This document shows positions 58,741 through 64,000 of a DNA stretch of 64,000 nucleotides, piece after piece (position 1 is the stretch's first letter; each line of letters opens with the position of its first letter). The translations under genes and the position numbers were made by a program. A model generated the notes under the pieces. The model made no database searches. It was not told the DNA's origin and saw only the letters and a program-made list of their open reading frames with translations. The stretch is taken from positions 9,610,001 to 9,674,000 of the forward strand of contig NC_087462.1 in NCBI RefSeq assembly GCF_036321535.1. The letters are read 5' to 3'. Origin of the DNA: Camelus dromedarius. Its lineage: Eukaryota.

Positions 58741-61700
58741 AGGTCTAGGCTTGGGGCAGGTATGCCGCGCAGAGGAGGTGTCTCCCGAGTCCGAGGGTGA
58801 GACCTGGGAGCCTTGGAGAGGGCGTCCCAAGATCCAAGGATGGGGACCCTGGGGCGGAACTTGGGGAACCTGGGAAGGGATCTTGAGGGTTCAAGGGCGG
58901 CAGAGGCTAGGGTACTAGACCTATAGTGGGGCATGAGGTTTCGCTGGGGCCAAAGTGAGGAATCAAAGTTTCGCATCTGATGGTTTCTAGAGTCAGAGAG
59001 CAGAGGTTTGAATTCCAGCCCGAGGGCGCAGGATCTAGATTCCAAGGGTGGTATCTCAGGCTAGAGAACGGAGATAGGGGGCTGAGAGCCAAGGCTCCGG
59101 GACCCGGGGCGGAGATCGAGTTCTCTCCTCCACTGATCCCCTCCTTCGCCTCTGCCCCAGATCGGCCGAGGCGCTGACGCCGCTGCACGTGGCTGCTGCC
59201 TGGGGCTGTCGCCGCGGCCTGGAGCTGCTGCTGAGCCAGGGAGCGGACCCCGCGCTGCGCGACCAGGTGGGGTCCCCTGCGTTGGCTGTAGCAGGGCCAA
59301 CCCTGAGGGAGGGAGGGAGGGAGGGAGGGAGGAGAGGGCCTCGGGCGCCCCCTGCTGACCGAGCCGCTGCAGGATGGACTCCGGCCGCTGGACTTGGCGG
59401 AGCAGCAGGGGCATCAGAACTGTGTGTGTATCCTGCGGGAGCTGGAGACCCAGACCAGGACCCCGACCCGGACCCGGGCAGTCACCCAGGACCCAGAGCC
59501 CCAGCCTGGTGGTGAGTGGAGCCTGCGCGGCTGGGGATGCTTAGCATCTGATCTAGCTTTGCGAATCTCTGTCTCTGATGTCCACTCTCTCCCCCTGTTT
59601 GAGTTTTATGTCCAGGATCTCCAGTCAGTCTCTCTGCCTCCGACTCGCTCCCTTCTCCTCGTGATTGCAGCCGCTTCTTTCTGTCTGATCTGACTTCCGT
59701 CTTTGTCTCTTACTTCCTCCTCCCTCCTCTCTGACACTCACTCTTATCCCCTGCTCCAGGCCCAGGCCTTTGGGAAAAGGGGCTGGATATCAGCCCCCCT
59801 GGACCTCCCAATGTGATGCTGGACTCCACAGCACTGGACAGAGGTGACAGCAAGGACATGAACCTGAAGGCTAGCCCTGGACCCCCCAGCCTTCTTGCCC
59901 ACCCTAACATTGCTGACACAGATGGCATCTCGGGGTCCCCCCTAGGGCGCTGGGACTGCAGCTCAGTTGCCTCCTTTGTCACCGCGGTTGAGGCCTCTGG
60001 AGCTGAGGATCCATGCCCCGACACATACCCCTGGACTGGTGTCCAACCCTCCCAGAGGGTGCCAAGATCTTCGGGTACCCCACAGCTGGAGCATCAAGCC
60101 CTCATGGAGAGCAGAGAGACAGAACTAAATGCCCGCCTGCAAGCCCTGACTCTGACCTTGCCAGATGCTTCCCCCTCCCCTAAGTCCTTCCCAGACAGGA
60201 GCCCAGCCAATAGGCCCCCTTGGGAACCACCGTCTGGACCCTGTGAATTCCACTTCCAGAAAGATGACCAGTCCCTTGACAGTGATGTGGCTGCCCTCTG
60301 GCTGACAGAGGATGAGGCGAGCTCCATGGGGAGCAGAGACCCCGTCCCCTCTTGCCAATGCCCACTGGACCCCACCATATCTGACCTGGAGCTGCTGCAA
60401 GCACTCCGGGCGCTTGGTGAGAGCCCTGGCCCCATCACGCCCTTCAGCCGGCCACACTACCTCCGACGGCTGGAAGAAGCCCAGGCTGCTCCAGGTTAGT
60501 CCCTTCTGGGCATCCAGAGTACAAGGAACCTCCAGGAGTCCCTGGAGACCCCCTGGCTCTCAGTGCAACCTACTTCTCCCTCCATCTCTGGGAACCACCC
60601 CTTCCTTTGTCTCTCTTGACCCAGTTTCCCCTCCCAGGCCCAGAATTTTCAGGGCACAGCCCAGAGCTGGCCGAGGCCCTGCGGACAGGCCGCATCCCAG
60701 ATGCCCAGGCAGATGAGGATGTTCTTGCCCAGCAGTTTAAGCGGCCGGATCCCTCCAGAAGGTGGCGGGAGGGAGTTGTGAAGTCCAGCTTCACTTATCT
60801 ACTCCTGGACCCCAGGTACTTGGAGCAGAAGTCACCTGGAAGTGGGACCCGGAAATTCTGGGATTGGTTCTTATATTCTGTGTGTCCTTAAGAAGGAAAC
60901 TGGCCTTCTCTGGTCATCAGCTTCTTTATTTACAAAAGGCAATTGGTGTGATATATATATAATTATATATATATAATTGTGACATATGTCTTATATANNN
61001 NNNNNNNNNNNNNNNNNNNNNNNNNNNNNNNNNNNNNNNNNNNNNNNNNNNNNNNNNNNNNNNNNNNNNNNNNNNNNNNNNNNNNNNNNNNNNNNNNNNN
61101 NNNNNNNNNNNNNNNNNNNNNNNNNNNNNNNTACAATATCACTTATATGTGGAATCTTAAAAATACAACAAACTAGTGAATAAAACAAAAAAGGAGCAGA
61201 CTCACAGATATAGAAAACAAACTAGTGATTACTAGTGTGGAGAGGGGATGGGGGAGGGGCGATATAGGAGAATTTAAAAAGTTATTTTTGGATTATATGA
61301 AATCATGTGTGTGAAACTTTTGAAAACTGTGAAGCACTGTAGAATTTAAAGAATCTTTCATTCAATTTTTAAAAAAAAATTTATTAAAAGAAAAAAAGAC
61401 AGTTGGATCCAATTGAAGCTGCTGAGTGTCCTTGGGGGAACAGTTCCCACCCCCGCCACTGCCTTTTACGTAACGGGAGTCACTGGATGTGGGTTCAGTT
61501 TGCTCTGTGACTTCAGAGACTGTCTCTGGGGTGACTCTCATCACTTTTTTTTCTCTGAGCCGTCTGCTTCATCTAGGGAGACTCAGGACCTGCCAACCCG
61601 GGCCTTCTCACTGACCCTGGCTGAATGCCTTCGGATTTTTGTACATGCCATCTTCTATGTGGGCAAGGGAACACGGGCCCGGCCAGATGTCCACCTCTGG

Positions 61701-62421
61701 GAGGCCCTCAGTCACCGTGGGCGGCCAGGAAAACAGGTGTGAGGATAAGGACAAGGGTCATGGCAGCAGCAGCCCAGCTGCAGGCAGGCAGAAGAAGGAG
61801 GGAATTGGGGGGCGGACTCCTAACCCCTTGCCTTGGCCCCCCTCCCTAGGCCTGTCCCAAGGTGCGCCAGATCTTGGACATTTGGGCCAGTGGTCGCGGA
61901 GTTGTCTCCCTACATTGCTTCCAGCATGTGGTTGCCGTGGAGGCTTACACTCGAGAGGCATGTCTTGTGGATGCTCTAGGTGGGTGCCTGGCTTGTGTGT
62001 GTGTTGGTGGTGGGGGTTGTCACATGAAGGGCACTAGATCTGCTGATTTCCTCACCCCTTCCTCCATCAGGGCTGTTCATTTGTTCAGTGAGCAGTTATT
62101 GAGCACCAATTGTGTATCTGCACATGTACATATTTTGCTCCATTGGTTTACTCCTGCTCGAGGGCAATACCCAGTGCATTCACTGGCATATACTTCTGCC
62201 AGGGGTTCCTGGAGGCTGCCTTTGTGACCTAACCCCCAATCTCCTCAGGGATCCAGACCTTGACCAACCAGAAGCAAGGACACTGCTATGGAGTGGTGGC
62301 AGGCTGGCCACTGCACCGGCGCCGCCGCTTAGGGGTACATCTGCTGCACCGTGCCCTCCTTGTCTTCCTGGCTGAGGGTGAGCGAGAGCTGCGGCCCCAG
62401 GACATCCAGGCCCGTGGCTGA
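58442..62421 (+). CDS. ANKLE1: Ankyrin repeat and LEM domain-containing protein 1 (GIY-YIG endonuclease), 611 aa
   Basis: Exons 58442-58503,58580-58732,59161-59266,59373-59511,59760-60494,60638-60815,61577-61736,61850-61979,62249-62421 = 1836 nt. Ankyrin repeats (GADPN, TPLHVAAAWG), LEM (ISDLELLQALRALGESPGPITPFSRPHYLRRLEE), GIY-YIG (FTYLLLDPR..IFYVGKG), ends DIQARG. Confidence 0.96.
61132..61395 (+). mobile_element. LINE-1 3' end (L1MA9/Laurasiatherian type) in ANKLE1 intron 6
   Basis: atcacttatatgtggaatcttaaaa..gcagactcacagatatagaaaacaaactagtg..aaatcatgtgtgtgaaacttttgaaaactgtgaagcac..A-rich tail. Confidence 0.85.
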
Positions 62422-63704
62422 ACCCTGGGGAGTTGGCCATTCAGCTTAGGTAGAGAGCAGAGTGTTTGAATGTTCCAGCTGCCCTGTGAGAGCAGCCCCG
62501 CATCTCTAGCTCCAGAGGGCTAGTTGGGGAACAGCCAGGCAGGTCTCCCTTGTAGACTGAGGGAGGACTTTATTACAGATGGAACTGCTGGAGAGGTAGT
62601 GAGCTCCCTGTCATGGGAGGAGACTAAGGGGATGTGAGAGGAGAACAAGTAGACCAGATGGGTCTTTGGAACATTCTGGTGCTTTGAAACATGCCAATGC
62701 TTTGGCAGTTTGGTCCTGTCTGTGCAAAGAATCCATTTTTTATCTCCCAGACACAGAAGACCCACAGTGTGGGCTGGGCCAGGGGCTTCCAATCCGTTAC
62801 ACGAAGGGAATCTGCCCAGCTCAAGTACGGGGTTATGCTGCTTCCAGCTATGGGACCTCGGAGCAGTAATTTCTCTCTGAGCCTGGGGAAAGTGCGAGGT
62901 GCTACCTCAGGGGGTCATTGTGGGGATCAGATTAAATGAAGTCATGGGATAGTGTTTGCTTAGAGCCCTACTGAGCCAGAGGCAGCTCTGCAGCCCAGGT
63001 GGAAAGTCTCTGGGGGAAGGGGGGAGGGTTCTGGAATGTTCTCGAGGGGCCGATTGTGTGTGGTGAGGGGTGGGCAGGGCTGGGGAGATCTTCCCGGTGC
63101 TAGTGTGAGACAGCAGCACTCCTAGGGATCCCTGTGTGACTGGAGCCTCGTGGCGTTGCTTCTCTGAACCTGTTCCTTCCACTGTAAAATGAGATCAGTA
63201 ACCCCGACTTTATGCAAAGAGCTTCAGTAAATGCCAAGCCACTATTGGGATAGTGTTGATGGGATCATTTAAATTTTCCATAAGTTGTTTCTTCAAAACA
63301 GTCTAGAGGGTTTCTGGACTTGGTGAGATCTGCTGCCTCATTGGATTCAACACCTGTCCGTCTTGCGGCTCAGCAAACCAGGGCTTGCAGGGGGCAGGCC
63401 AAGGTGCTACCGGCCTCCATTCCTCCACTGCCTCCACTGCTAAGCCCCTGAGTACTCTGTGGATAATTAGGGTCCCTGCCCATGGAGGGTGCCTGGGTGC
63501 TACCATTTTAACTGAGCTGAAGAAACTACTCTCCGAGCTTCTGTTTGCTCATTTGTAAGACACGGAATTCTCCCAGACACCAAGTAGTTGCTTGATAAAG
63601 CGATAACAATCGAAACTGCGTGCCATCTCCCAAGAATACGCAAATAGAAAGAATCCAGACGCCCCCCACCCCAAAAGGCCCAGAAGAGATGGTATTTGTC
63701 TAAC

Positions 63705-63898
63705 AGGGTTTCCCCACCTCTGCCTTACTGACTTTGAGGTCAGGTTACTCCTTGCGGTGGGGGCTGTCCTGTGTATTGTAGGGTGTCAGGCAGCATTCCT
63801 GGGCCCCACCTACCAGACGCCAGGAGCACTTCCCTCACCACCCCCACCCCCGCCACTCCCAGTTGTGGCAATCAAAAATGTCTCCTGAATTTGCCAAA
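63705..63898 (-). mobile_element. MER20-like element
   Basis: cagggtttccccacctc..ggggctgtcctgtgtattgtaggg..caaaaatgtctcc. Confidence 0.75.
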
Positions 63899-64000
63899 GT
63901 ACGACAGTGTCCTTGTATGAACCCCTGCTTTAAATTAAAGGTGGGGTCACAAACCAGCGGGGAAAGGACCAAAGGTGCAGCAGCTGAGGAGACCAATCTC

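Noticed and set aside
58098-59045. 315-aa antisense ORF over the ANKLE1 promoter
   Set aside because: Low-complexity CpG-island ORF with no recognisable domain.
62500-64000. Possible 3' end of ABHD8, the next gene in human synteny
   Set aside because: No coding exon or clear poly(A) signal recognised; the region is mostly MIR/MER20-like remnants.

Overview
GC-rich, gene-dense mammalian window, syntenic with human 19p13.11. Gene order: 3' part of MYO9B (+, 22 coding exons to the stop), USE1 (+), OCEL1 (+), NR2F6 (-), USHBP1 (-), BABAM1 (+), ANKLE1 (+). I built the exon chains by hand from splice sites and reading phase. All close in frame, giving USE1 260 aa, OCEL1 264 aa, USHBP1 703 aa, BABAM1 331 aa and ANKLE1 611 aa. 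NR2F6 exon 2 and part of exon 3 lie in N gaps. Two tRNA-derived SINEs, and no Alu/B1/Bov/PRE/Can SINEs that I could see, suggest a camelid. I found no new gene or new biological system. The most unusual items are a 75-bp copy of a USHBP1 coding exon inserted into a neighbouring LINE-1 between 9-bp direct repeats, a U12-type intron in BABAM1, two GC-AG introns and two coding tandem repeats in MYO9B, an in-frame upstream ATG and a stop codon inside the poly(A) signal in USE1, a FOX:ETS motif near USHBP1, and a DR1/AGGTCA cluster upstream of NR2F6. Orthologue comparisons and repeat family names are from memory, not from database searches.
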